From Guillardia theta CCMP2712 (lineage: Eukaryota; Protista; Cryptophyta): a stretch of DNA of 64,000 nt. Below, in pieces: positions 36,108-48,721 of this stretch. Under the pieces are notes generated by a model, which did no database searches, was not told the DNA's origin, and saw only the letters and a list, made by a program, of their open reading frames with translations. Both the position numbers and the translations under genes were made by a program. The DNA is taken from positions 193,751 through 257,750 of the forward strand of contig NW_005434613.1 in NCBI RefSeq assembly GCF_000315625.1, in the 5' to 3' direction. Position 1 is the stretch's first letter, and each line of letters opens with the position of its first letter.

Positions 36108-36689
36108 GGAATCGGATCAGGACCTGGATGACACCAATAGTTGGGGTTAGTAGAGAAATGGGTGGGTGGTACTTGGTAAATTGGTGGTCATGTACCATAT
36201 GAAAACACGATTGAGTATGGGGTGGGTAGTGAATGGCGGGGGTGGGGTGATAGGAAAAGTTTCGACGATGCAGGAGAGGAGGGAGGGAGGGGAGCGCAAG
36301 GAGCCGAAGAGGGAGAAGGAGGTGCAGGAGATGTAGCTCATGGTGGAAGTAGACATGCCATGATCACAGGACAACGTAGGACATGGTTCAATGATGAGCA
36401 CGAGAGCAGACTGAGAGGAATTCTGTTGAGAAGCGATTGAAGGATCATGGTAGAGGAGGGCAGGGGAGGAAGGGGCAGGAGAGGATGATGAAGATAAGAG
36501 AAGAAGATGTAAGGTGTGATAAGAGGAAGCTGATTGCAATCGACAGTGGTGAAGTAGCGTGAGGGCCCAGCCTGGCGGAGGGGATGAAGGGTGAAGGAGA
36601 GAGTGGAGGAGGGAGCCTGGTTGAATCGTGACCAGATGAGGTGTAGCGTGAGAGAAGGAGAGGGGGTAGCTCGTCGAGACATTCCTGAC

Positions 36690-37371
36690 CTGAAGATGCA
36701 GGATGTCAGGCGAAGCAGGGAAACGTCCCCCCCCTCCTTCTCCCCTGGAACGAAGCAACAGCGTGGGGCAGATACAAGCCAAGAGGCCTGCGTCGGGAGC
36801 AGCTCCTCCTGCTTCGGGGAACGCCGTGACGGTAGCAGCGCTAGCAGCTCAGATGCAGGACGCAAAGAGAACGAGAGATCATCAGAACCAGAGGCAGACT
36901 GCGATGCAAGTACGTGGACGTGTCCAACTTTGCGCCTCCTCTTGTCCTGTGCCGTGTCGCTGTGTGTTTCTTGCTCTGGGCATGTGGATATGCCGAAATC
37001 TCTTCGAGCCTCTTCTCTCTCGTTCGCTCCCCTTCCTCCTTCTCCCCCTCCTCCCTGTCCTCCTCCTCCTCCTCCTCCTCCTCGTCTTCCTCCCCCTCCT
37101 CCCCCGCCCCCCGCCCCTCCTCCTCCTCCTCCTTCTCCTTCCTTCCCCCCTATCATCTCATGACGAGATGGGCTGTGCGCATACACTGACTTCCCCTTCC
37201 TCTGCAGGCGATGAATGCCAAGAAATGCACGCTCTATGTGAGATGTTGAGTTTGCTGTTCCAGCCACTGACACTGTCATGCAGGAAATGTACAACTTCAA
37301 TGGGTTTGATAATGTACAGATTGTTCCTTGCTTGCCATCAGCGAAGCCCAAAGAGCAAGTCCAGAAATGAT
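36690..37371 (+). CDS. Small hypothetical spliced gene
   Basis: Open exons 'MSGEAGKRPPP...QRQTAMQ' and 'EMYNFNGFDNVQIVPCLPSAKPKEQVQK*' with plausible GT-AG introns. No recognisable motif. Confidence 0.3.
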
Positions 37372-38201
37372 ATCTATCTGTAAATGTACAAGTAAAACAA
37401 CATACAATGATGCGAGGCGATGTGCAGGAGGAGGAGGAGGAGGAGGACAAAAAATGGTGGCGATGGTGGTGATCGAGGTTGGTGGGAAGGGAACAGGAAG
37501 GATTTTTGGTGGTGGAACACGGTACTTGTACAGTTATTCAATCATCGAATCAAGAAACCGAAGGGCTTCCCGTTAAGTTAGCAATCAAGCATAATTTGAG
37601 TCAGTGTCCTTTGCGCTCGCTATCGTACATATTCAGATATTTTTCCTTCGATCAATACTGCAGAACAACAACAGGTGTCAGTGGAACAGAGACAGCAAGG
37701 TTAGAAGGGAGGGAGACAAGACTCACGTAATATCCCTGCACTTCCACTGTTGCACAAGATTGATGTCAGTCCACGTTCCAACAGGCAGGGCCAGCAAAAG
37801 TCACCTTCACTTCCATCGTCTATCCTCAGAGTGATCTCGTGCGTAGCAGTCTGGTCCGGCTCCCGGTCCGGTACCACCTGCGAGGGGACGCGTTAGATCC
37901 CGGCGGCGCTGCAACGACACTCGTTGACAACAGGCGACGCAGGCAAGAGCTTGCAGGGGGGGGGGGGGGGAGAGGAGGTTCAAGAGCAGGAGAAGCGAGG
38001 AAGGAGGACGAAGGAGACAGGCGAGTATGACTGTAGCTGATCCCATCGGGGACAGCCACGTCAGCACAGCACACAGCAACTCCCCGCACACCCTCCACAT
38101 CGATCAGACCGGCTGCACAATGTAGTCCAGCTGCACTCCAACAGCCGTGGAGAGCCTCCGTATCCGATTCGTCCCGTATCCCCTGACCTCTTGACCTTCC
38201 C

Positions 38202-39989
38202 CTACGCCTCCCTGCGGATCCTCCGTCCCTTCCCCGGCTTCTGCGGGATGAAATTCGAGGACTTGGCTGTGCTCCTCTTGCTGCCCTCCCTCGGCACCCT
38301 CCTGCACGTGATCGGAGGACCTTCGATTGCGGGAGACTCGCCGAGCCTGCTCGTGGCCATCAACGGGTGGAACAGCAGGGATTCAGAGCGGAGGGTGTGA
38401 AGAAGGAAGTGGTGGAGCAAGATAGGATGGGATGGACGAACCCAGAGGTAGACAAGGAGGAAGAGGACGGGGGAGTGGGAGTGGGACAAGCTCGAGAGCA
38501 CTTCTATGGGAACAACAAGGAGCACAGGAGAGAGGATGCAAGAGGAAGCATTGAGACAGGAACAATAAGGGAGTGTTAGAGGGAGGAGGAGGAGGAGGAG
38601 GAGGAGGAGGGAACGGACCGGCACAGCAATCGCGATGCACTCAAGCATGTCGTCCTTCGTGACATTCTCGTGAGGCAGCACAACAAGTGCAACTTTCTTC
38701 TCCGGCTGCTGGTCCTCCTCAGGCTGGTCATGGTTGACCACCGACACAGTCCGGCTGCAACCAGGCATGAGCGAAAAGAGTACACCACCAGCTCAACGAT
38801 CAGCTCACCTTCTGAAGATCCAGCCGACCGCAAAGATAAGAACCCAATCCGCTGCCTCCGCAGAAGCGGGGTAGACGAACTGCATGTCGTAGGAGAGCAT
38901 GAAAGTCTGGATGATCTGGAGGAGGACTTGGACGAACAAGTAAGTGACGATGCTGGTGCGGAAGAAGGCGTAGACTCTGACAAGCTCCTTCAGGATGTTG
39001 TACTCAGTGTCCCTCCTGTTCTCGCTGTCAAGGTGCATCAGCCGCCCGATGAGAGCTTGGTAGTTGAGAGCGATGGAAGCGAAGATTATCCTGAGCACGA
39101 TGATGAAGATGAACACCCACATGAAGAGGAAGAGCCCTTGGAAGAGATCATAGGTAAAGGTCGCGATCGCTAGCCAGCAGAGTGAGAAGAGGATAGTCCT
39201 GAGCTCCGTAATGTTAGTTTCCCACCTCACCACCATCAGCCCCTTGGCCAGCACGAGGAGAGCAGTAAAGAGGACCCCTCTGTAGATTGAGCTCGAGATG
39301 TATCGAATGACGTTCAGCCATGGAATAACTTGCCCGGTCACTCTGACATCCTCCCAGAATTTGTGGGTGATTGCCATGTTCACGGCCTGAACCATCGGCA
39401 CGCACGTCAGCATCTTCTGCAGCATTACGTTGATGTCTCGTCGCACGACCCACGTCAGCACCCAGAGAGCCGACGTGAACACCCAAACGCCAGTGAGAAA
39501 GAGGTACACTTGTGAGTAGTTTCTGTACTCACAACTCAGCTGCCCGAAGCTATTCAAGTATTCATATTGTATCAACACGCCCGCAGTTGTCTGCTTGTTG
39601 GTGTTGGAGCACATGAGCATCGCAAACACTTTCTTGCCATTCACATGCTTGGCCCGAGCTGTGATCTGTCCATCTACCGAAGGAATCGCTCGCTCACAGA
39701 GTGAGCTTGCAGGCAACGAGCATAGATCACTCGCAGTGTAGATGCTGTAATATTGTGACTCAGAGCAGATGAGCAGGTTGACACTTGAGCAGGTTTCGCA
39801 ACGGGCCTGCACATCTATCTGCAGAGATCCGTCTTCGAAACAAAATTGATCAAAAGACAAGAATTGTTGGTTCGTGGTTACGGACAGCTGGCCTTTCATG
39901 GCATCACAAACTTGCAATATGAAGAGCAGCGGTATAAGCCCATGGCGAAGCAAGCAGGGTCTATAACGCTTCTCGATCATCCTATCCAT
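38202..39989 (-). CDS. GOST-family seven-transmembrane protein (TMEM87/GPR107/GPR180-like)
   Basis: Signal peptide, Cys-containing lumenal domain, then 'GQLSCEYRNYSQVYLFL' and seven hydrophobic helices including 'LLVLAKGLMVVR'. The cytosolic tail is spliced and its 3' end uncertain. Confidence 0.82.
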
Positions 39990-41814
39990 GTGATCTTCTT
40001 CAAATCATGTGTTTTTCATCATCATCTTCCCATCGTGTTCCCAATGTTTCAGAAAGGTAAGGAATTTTCACTTCCTCCGAGCGCTTGGTTCTCCTCTGAG
40101 CATCTGTGAGAAATTGTCAGCAACGAGGCTACAAAGCTTACGGGCACATGCTCAAGTGAGGTGAGATTTCTAGCTCACATCATTTTTGACCTAATCCTTT
40201 ATCGTTCTTCAACCTCCCCCAAACTAAGATTCAGCAACTATTCTATTATTCAAGTCCTTCGAAGCCTGTAAGAGAATGATCATGTGATCTCCTCAATTAA
40301 AATGCAATACAACAATCGACAGGTTCTCCAATATGCTGCTTGTTGTTTGCCAGCTCTGAATTTTGAACTCATCGACCCAACAATCTTTCGTCCTGATCCT
40401 GTTTCTCACAAGATAACCTCACCATACAGACTTTCAGCTCTATGATCACACATATGATACGATGTTCACAACTTCTCCTCGCCATATTTCGCTCCCTCCA
40501 TCTCACCTCATGGTGTCCTGGCGGCTCCTGCCATGCATTCGCCACAGCCGACCCGCCAGCCATGAAACTGATCGAGCTGTGTCGTAAAAAGCAGATAAAA
40601 GAAATATTTTAAAAAATCGGGAAGTGAGCAATAGAATATTGAACATTTATTGTATCCGATACTCTGGATATTGACCTTTATGTGGTTGCGGCAATTGAAT
40701 TTGATGAGAGTCGTTTCATTTATATGCCGACCACCATTGTAAAACACTTCTACAGTTTTCTTGAGCATTTGTACCACCAGGTGAGTTATAGCACACAATA
40801 ATTAATTTTTTAATAATAGAATGTTTTTGGTCGGATCCTTCCGACGGTGAAAGATCTCTGCCAAAAAGTAGGGGTACTGAAAGGAGATATGGGGGTGGGG
40901 GGGACCAGTCCAGCTTCACTGATGATGTGGCTTTGATATGGGCTGATATGGCTCTGATATGGACCCATATCAAAGCAATGGGCTGGTCCTTTAAAATTTA
41001 ATATCTATAAATTATAATAAAATTGTGCCGCATATGGAATGCGCCTGAAACCATTCGTACAATCAACTTATGTTAATAATCATTGTTGCTTTTCGTGGTA
41101 CAAGTAAACAATTCATATATAAGTTTACTTTTTGAAAGTTTGGACCTTTAGCTCCACGATAACACAATCATGAGAAGTTCCATTTCCAAAGTTCCAAAGT
41201 TAGAATATTGTCGAGGGGTAGGGGTAGTATTTTCAATGCGATTGTCTGAAAATGAGGGTAGGGGTGCTTCAAAAGTTCAAACAACCGGTACTTTACTCGG
41301 GAAATATTACCCGCTCTTGGGGAACTCTGGCCCAATGCATTGGGTAAACCAGGATAGGTGGGGTGGATGGCTCTGGTAGGTGGGTGGGGGTAATGCGGTA
41401 GAGGGTAGGGGTGCAACCCAATCGCCACGCAGGCATCAAGATTCCATGCAGGACGAACTGAGGAGTAGCGGAAGGGAAACCAGGAGGAGCGGTAGCAGGA
41501 GCAGGAAGCAGGAAGCAGGAAGCAGGAAGCAGGAGGCAGGAAGCAGGAAGCTGGAAGCTGGAAGCTGGATCAGGAGCAGGATCAAGAGCAAGAGCAGGAG
41601 CAGGAGAAGGAGCAGGAGGAGGACATTTGTCAGTTAATTGTTTTATGAAGGAATTCGAGACTTTGGACATAGGAACAGCAATTCCGTTGTTGTAGAAGAT
41701 CTCAAAACTTTCAACATGAGGCAAAGTGCTGAGAATCCTGAGCGAACTGAACCCATCACTTGTGTTCTCGATCCAAGTACACACAAACTGAGTTCAAGGG
41801 GCAGGCCGTACAAG

Positions 41815-42590
41815 ATGCCTATTGCCACGAGATTGCTCTTGCTGGTTGCCCTGGTATGCACTCTTGCGATGTCCCGCATGATGATGTACTGCCGCTAATG
41901 TTCAAGCGAACAGGGGAACATGGCAGTCTCCTTCAGCCTCCCAGTGTTGCAAGAGGAACCATCAGGTGGGAAATTAGTTGCTGTTCCTCACGGAGCCAGT
42001 ATTCCGGAAGGTGCAACGTCAGTGCCAGAAGGACTCAGAATGCCAGCTCATGTTGTCGCAGATGCAACACAGAGAGCAAGGCTGAGCGGCAAGGTGAGAA
42101 GCAGGCAGTAGAGGAAACGTTGGAGCAGAGGGGATCGGGAGGGAAGGAGGGTGGGAGGTTGGGATGAAGGGATACTGTTATCTGGTATATTATTCGTCCT
42201 GAGACAGATTGTGATCGTATTTGCGTACCTGCAGGCAGTGGCAGTTGATATCCCCAAGTCAGCCATACAGGGAGCGAGCAGTTTCTCAGACACGCTGGCT
42301 CGCAAGACCAGCCACAGGCAGAGGATGACTACCATGCGGGACAGCCAGATCGGTGCGAGAAGCTACTCCCGCGGCGTTGAGGGCTGAGGAGCTTGCTGGC
42401 AGGGGACGGGGCTGACCAGATCTCGGGTGATGGAGCGACGGCAAAACGACAGCCCGTGGATGAGGTGCCGATACTTGCCTTTCTGATAACTTCGCTCCTC
42501 CTCCTGTCTCTTAGAGCCTGCCGTGCCCTTATGGATCTCGCATTGAACCCTTCTTGCGGCCCTTTACCATTCAGAGCAGAAGCATAGTTC
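41815..42590 (+). CDS. Small hypothetical secreted protein, multi-exon
   Basis: Signal-like 'MPIATRLLLLVALVCTLA' followed by short open exons with GT-AG boundaries. No family recognised. Confidence 0.35.
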
Positions 42591-43328
42591 TTCCCCCTTC
42601 CTGCTTCATACCAGAAATGGCGTGTATTTCTCTGACTGTGCAACGCTGGGCTCCAGGTCTCACGACTCATCTCGATGCTCCCGTATGCGTTCGGGATGGT
42701 TGCAGTTGCTGTTGTGCTTGTACTATGCTTGATCGGAAGGTGAGTGCTGATCTTTCAGAGCCTGTTGCGCTCTCGCCAGGCTTTCTTCCTCCTCTCTTCC
42801 TCCTTCTTCATCCTTCCTTCCTACTTCTTCCTCCTTCTTCCTCCTTCTTCCTCCTCCTTCCTCCTCTCTTCCTCCTCTCTTCCTCCATCTTCCTCCTTTC
42901 TTCTTCCTCCTTGCGACGTATGCTTCAGAGATCTTTGTGACGTATGCCTTGTCAGGATTTCCAAGTACGTGTCCTCAGAGAACTCATCGTATTTCGCCAA
43001 GGATGGTTCTCAGGCACAGCACAAGTCTGTGCCCAAGGGTGTGGTAAGTCCCTTTTGCAATGTTGTGCACTCTTGGAGGTCGTGAGGTTCAAACCGTCTT
43101 TGTCTGCGATGTCGTTGTGTAAGGAGAGCGGCTCTCTTTATGTGGTATGATGTATCCGAGCACTCTCTGACTGTTGAGCACAGGGAGGGATGGGGAGAGT
43201 GGGCTTCCGAAGGTACTAGACAAGTCTTGTTGCAATTCTTATTATCGAAACAAAGGGAGATTGTAAATAAACGTCTTGCTACTCGCACCGAAACGCCATG
43301 GAGGTGTAAGAAAGCAAACGGAAGGACT

Positions 43329-43453
43329 AGGTCGGGGTAGTCGCTCAGGTGTGCCCAGGGGGCGCAGAGCAGGGGGGAGGGAGAGTGGAGGAGGCAGATG
43401 TCAAGGGGGTAGAGGGCAGCGACGGCATCATCGATGGAGGGGAGGAAAGACAT
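43329..43453 (-). pseudogene. 5' fragment of a fifth Myb copy lacking the Myb domain
   Basis: Encodes 'MSFLPSIDDAVAALYPLDICLL...SDYPDL', then homology stops abruptly at about 43329. Confidence 0.85.
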
Positions 43454-44582
43454 GGGAGGAGGGAGGGAGAGTGAGTCTGAGACGGGGAGAGGGAGGTTTA
43501 TATTGGAAGGGAAAGGGTCAGCAAGTCGACGGAAATCGCAATGGTTCGGGGGGGATAAATCCAGGTGGTCACATGGTCTACCTCCCCCGCGCCTGTGTCC
43601 CTTTTCATGAGGTACCGTTGGTTTTCACTTACTTGTGGGAGTAGTAACAGAGCGACATTGAGTCACTTCAACAAATATTCAAGGATGACGAGGTAGACGA
43701 GTCGGAGTAAAGCGATTTTCCGGCTTTCCAGTCAAACGTCTCAGTGAAGTTTCCTGACCCCTTGATTTGGCCAGGCAGGCGGATCGGACCGACCGACCGA
43801 AATTATATCACTCTTAAAAGTTGGAACGACAGGATGGCGATCACGTGACTGATTGACTAAACTCATTCAACATCTCCTTTACTCAAAGTTAAGTTAAACA
43901 TCAGTATCAGTAGTTCTTCCCATTGCGGGCTCCTCACAGCAGCAGCAAGCTCCGACTCTTTTATTCTGACAGAGTCAGAGAGTTCGATGAGCTTCGCTAG
44001 CTGGACGATCGAAACCTTCCAGTCACAATCGCGTGAACCTCCTTCGTTCAAGGTACCGGCAAGCTAAGGCCTTCACATGACGCATCCTGATTGAGCAAGA
44101 GGAGGCAGCCGGTGAAACTCAATCCTACAGTACCCTACCATATCGCACCATTGCAAGCATCAAGAGGCGGGTTCGCTTCACGTATCTCTACACCCCTGGC
44201 GTCTGTTATCTCAACTGAATGAGACGAGCAGTTCACAATCTGACAATGAGAGCGGACTTGCTCCCATCCAGCCCTTGAGCTGTGTGCAACAAGTGCACCT
44301 CAAAGAATCTCATCACTACGTGATCCAGCGCAAGTACATACTTGCACACTTGAGTCATGTAGAGGTCAGCCCTGACACGAGAGACTGACAGTCTGTCATG
44401 TTACTGCAGAGGTACCAACCATGTCCAGAGCAGGGATCACGGCAGAGAGCACCACACGCTTAAGCCTTGAACAAGGCAGAACGGTCTTGTGTAAAACCAG
44501 TCTACTTAACACACAACCCGAGTCAAGAGCTTCATTGCTACACAACAAACACACAATCAACTCGACCACCTATACTTGCTCC

Positions 44583-45155
44583 TTACTGCCTCCAGCTCCC
44601 TGCTCGCCTCCTCTCCTTCTCGTAGTGCTTCTGCGCGTGTGACCGTACTTGCTCGCTCGTCTTCGTCCCGATGTACGCTGCCATCTTCGCCGCCGTCCCC
44701 CGCCCCAGCCCCACCCCCGCCCTCCCCGCTTGCCTCCCCGTGCCTCTCCCTGCCCGGCCGTACAGGGAGAGGGCCTCGAGGAAGCGCCTGTGCTCCTCTG
44801 CCGACCACACTGACCGGCTCGCTATCACGATGTAGGACGTGGAGGAAGCCGTAGACTCCGAGGAGCTCGCGACGTCGGGGGAGGAGGGACAGAAGGCAGA
44901 CGGGAACGATGAAGGCGGGAGGGCAGGGGCTTGGCTCAGACGGAGGGGCTTGTCGGGGTCCTGCCCGGCGGGAGCCAGCGGCAGGACGCCGGGGCGTGCA
45001 GGGCCGCTCGGGGCGCTGTAGAGGAGGGGAAGGTCGGGGTAGTCGCTCAGGTGTGCCCAGGGGGCGCAGAGCAGGGGGGAGGGGGAGTCGAGGAGGCAGA
45101 TGTCGAGGGGGTAGAGGGCAGCGACGGCATCATCGATGGAGGGGAGGGAAGACAT
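44583..45155 (-). CDS. Single-repeat Myb protein, SHAQKY class (copy A)
   Basis: 'WSAEEHRRFLEALSLYG...IGTKTSEQVRSHAQKHY', intronless, 190 aa. Confidence 0.92.
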   Translation of the reverse strand: MSSLPSIDDAVAALYPLDICLLDSPSPLLCAPWAHLSDYPDLPLLYSAPSGPARPGVLPLAPAGQDPDKPLRLSQAPALPPSSFPSAFCPSSPDVASSSESTASSTSYIVIASRSVWSAEEHRRFLEALSLYGRAGRGTGRQAGRAGVGLGRGTAAKMAAYIGTKTSEQVRSHAQKHYEKERRRAGSWRQ

Positions 45156-46470
45156 GGGAGGAGGGAGGGGGGGGGAGGATAGGGGAGGGAGGGAGGACGG
45201 GGGTAGAGTTGCCGACCGGGCCGGGCAGAGTTTGCCCGGCGAGCGATGCGGCCCTCGACGGGCACTGAGCGGCTCGGGCCGCGTCGGCCCCGGAGTCGCG
45301 GAGCCTCGGAGGTTTGGACCCTACAGTTGAAATATGAATTCTTCCATTATCAAGTTACAAAGGTGCTCGTGACCGTGTGACTTGAACTGCGACCGTCCGG
45401 GACGGGCCCGAGACCAGGTTACGTCGGCTGACTGATTTCGACTGTTATCCCGACTCGGAACCGCTCGGTCTTGCTAGCCATGAGGATACAGCCAGACGAA
45501 CCAGTCGTCGCCTACCGTAGTAGCAGTCCGAGGTAAAACTCCCCCCTGCCAACGGTGCCATCACGGCGGCCCCCCACCCCCGTTTTACTGTGGGTGGAGC
45601 GAACGATTCCTACTAGCATATCCCCGGCGAACCGTTGCTACATGGGATCCTTTTCATTCTCCCCCGGCCCCCTCGCCCCCCGGGGCCTACCGTACTGGGC
45701 CGCAAGCATTAAGTTGTAAGTTGCCGCGTTGCGGCTCGCCGCTGGCAGCCAGTACCGTCACGGCCCGGCCCGGCGGGCCGTATGATGGTACAGTACTGCT
45801 CAGCCCCGGTGCAGCCCGGCGTGTGACTCAGTCTGTGTTTGGAGATGATCCCGGGATACCAGAGGATGATTGAACTTGAGTTTGGCAAAGCAGTATCTTT
45901 GTGCTAACTTCAGTGGCATTGGCCGCTACTTGCGGCCACTCCGAGTCAGTGACTCTCTGTAGTACAAACGTGCCGACTCAGGGCCTGTTGGGCAACAGCA
46001 ACTGCAAAGTACGGGAGTCCCTTGCCGCCCAATCCTGCTCAATACAATCATCCTACTGCGGAGGACTGAGCTCCCCTTCGCAGAGCTCTGATAGCCTGGT
46101 TCAGGGTTTAGGGTTTACCCCTGACAGCCCTGTCTGTCGTGCTATCCAGCAGGGACTACCACCAGGATGTAAGTTCAACAGCGATAGGCGTCAACATGAA
46201 GATATGGTCGAGTCATAGCTGGCGATGGTGAGAGGGGATTTCGACCGGGTGAAGCAGATGAACGGATAGCAACAAACTTCTGCTCGAGGCAGAGAGGGAG
46301 CAAACGACGTCCCCGCACCAACAGCACCTCTTCCTCCTCGTACCACTTGTCAGCCCAAGTCCATACGACACCTGACTTCAGACACAAGAGCGCTGGAACC
46401 GGACTTATTACCAGAAGGATACCGAAGATAGAGGGTCACTTCATTACTCAGTCATCACACAACAGCACCT

Positions 46471-47064
46471 CTACTGTTTTCTCCCTGCTCGCCTCCTCTC
46501 CTTCTCGTAGTGCTTCTGCGCGTGTGACCGTACTTGCTCGCTCGTCTTCGTCCCGATGTACGCTGCCATCTTCGCCGCCGTCCCCCGCCCCAGCCCCACC
46601 CCCGCCCTCCCCGCTTGCCTCCCTGCGCCCGTCCCTGCCCGGCCGTACAGGGAGAGGGCCTCGAGGAAGCGCCTGTGCTCCTCTGCCGACCACACTGACC
46701 GGCTCGCTATCACGCTGTCTCCGCTGCCTGCACAGTACGATGATGGCGAGCCGCCCGCCGTAGACTCCGAGGAGCTCGCGACGTCGGGGGAGGAGGGACA
46801 GAAGGCAGTCGGGAACGATGAAGGCGGGAGGGCAGCGGCTTGGCTCAGACGGAGGGGCTTGTCGGGGTCCTGCCCGGCGGGAGCCAGCGGCAGGACGCCG
46901 GGGCGTGCAGGGCCGCTCGGGGAGCTGTAGAGGAGGGGAAGGTCGGGGTAGTCGCTCAGGTGTGCCCAGGGGGCGCAGAGCAGGGGGGAGGGAGAGTGGA
47001 GGAGGCAGATGTCAAGGGGGTAGAGGGCAGCGACGGCATCATCGATGGAGGGGAGGGACGACAT
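46471..47064 (-). CDS. Single-repeat Myb protein, SHAQKY class (copy B)
   Basis: Same Myb motif, 197 aa, with a B-specific linker 'GGSPSSYCAGSGDSV'. Confidence 0.92.
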   Translation of the reverse strand: MSSLPSIDDAVAALYPLDICLLHSPSPLLCAPWAHLSDYPDLPLLYSSPSGPARPGVLPLAPAGQDPDKPLRLSQAAALPPSSFPTAFCPSSPDVASSSESTAGGSPSSYCAGSGDSVIASRSVWSAEEHRRFLEALSLYGRAGTGAGRQAGRAGVGLGRGTAAKMAAYIGTKTSEQVRSHAQKHYEKERRRAGRKQ

Positions 47065-48184
47065 GGGAGGAGGGAGGGAGAGTGAGTCTGAGACGGGGAG
47101 AGGGCTTGGGGGTTTATATTGGAAGGGAAAAGGGTCAGCAAGTCGACGGAAATCGCAATGGTTCGGGGGGGATAAATCCAGGTGGTCACATGGTCCACCT
47201 CCCCCGCGCCTGTGTCCCTTTTCATGAGGTACCGTTGGTTTTCACTTACTTGTGGGAGTAGTAACAGAGCGACATTGAGTCACTTCAACAAATATTCAAG
47301 GATGACGAGGTAGACGAGTCGGAGTAAAGCGATTTTCCGGCTTTCCAGTCAAACGTCTCAGTGAAGTTTCCTGACCCCTTGATTTGGCCAGGCAGGCGGA
47401 TCGGACCGACCGACCGAAATTATATCACTCTTAAAAGTTGGAACGACAGGATGGCGATCACGTGACTGATTGACTAAACTCATTCAACATCTCCTTTACT
47501 CAAAGTTAAGTTAAACATCAGTATCAGTAGTTCTTCCCATTGCGGGCTCCTCACTGCAGCAGCAAGCTCCGACTCTTTTATTCTGACAGAGTCAGAGAGT
47601 TCGATGAGCTTCGCTAGCTGGACGATCGAAACCTTCCAGTCACAATCGCGTGAACCTCCTTCGTTCAAGGTACCGGCAAGCTAAGGCCTCCACATGACGC
47701 ATCCTGATTGAGCAAGAGGAGGCAGCAGGTGAAACTCAATCCTACAGTACCCTTCGCACCATTGCAAGCATCAAAAGGCGGGTTCGCTTCACGTATCTCT
47801 ACACCCCTGGCGTCTCAAGTGAATGAGACGAGCAGTTTACAATCTGACAATGAGAGCCGACTTGCTCCCATCCAGCCCTTGAGCTGTGTGCAACAAGTGC
47901 ACCTCAAAGAATCTCATCACTACGTGATCCAGCGCAAGTACATACTTGCACACTTGTCATGTAGAGGTCAGCCCTGACACGAGAGATTGACAGTCTGTCA
48001 TGTTACTGCAGAGGTACCAACCATGTCCAGAGCAGGGATCACGGCAGAGAGCACCACACGCTTAAGCCTTGAACAAGGCAGAACGGTCTTGTGTAAAACC
48101 AGTCTACTTAACTCACAACCCGAGTCAAAAACTTCATTGCTACACAACAAACACACAATCAACTTGACCACCTATACTTGCTCC

Positions 48185-48721
48185 TCACTGCCTCCAGCTC
48201 CCTGCTCGCCTCCTCTCCTTCTCGTAGTGCTTCTGCGCGTGTGACCGTACTTGCTCGCTCGTCTTCGTCCCGATGTACGCTGCCATCTTCGCCGCCGTCC
48301 CCCGCCCCAGCCCCACCCCCGCCCTCCCCGCCTGCCTCCCCGTGCCTCTCCCTGCCCGGCCGTACAGGGAGAGGGCCTCGAGGAAGCGCCTGTGCTCCTC
48401 TGCCGACCACACTGACCGGCTCGCTATCACGATGTAGGACGTGGAGGAAGCCGTAGACTCCGAGGAGCTCGCGACGTCGGGGGAGGAGGGAGGGGCTTGG
48501 CTCAGACGGAGGGGCTTGTCGGGGTCCTGCCCGGCGGGAGCCAGCGGCAGGACGCCGGGGCGTGCAGGGCCGCTCGGGGCGCTGTAGAGGAGGGGAAGGT
48601 CGGGGTAGTCGCTCAGGTGTGCCCAGGGGGCGCAGAGCAGGGGGGAGGGAGAGTGGAGGAGGCAGATGTCAAGGGGGTAGAGGGCAGCGACGGCATCATC
48701 GATGGAGGGGAGGGAAGACAT
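48185..48721 (-). CDS. Single-repeat Myb protein, SHAQKY class (copy A')
   Basis: Same as copy A but with an in-frame 12 aa deletion in the Pro/Ser linker. Confidence 0.92.
   Translation of the reverse strand: MSSLPSIDDAVAALYPLDICLLHSPSPLLCAPWAHLSDYPDLPLLYSAPSGPARPGVLPLAPAGQDPDKPLRLSQAPPSSPDVASSSESTASSTSYIVIASRSVWSAEEHRRFLEALSLYGRAGRGTGRQAGRAGVGLGRGTAAKMAAYIGTKTSEQVRSHAQKHYEKERRRAGSWRQ

Noticed and set aside
43863-44051. Identical 62 aa ORF in both X spacers (also 47480-47668)
   Set aside because: Non-ATG start and no motif. The identity is explained by the recent duplication.
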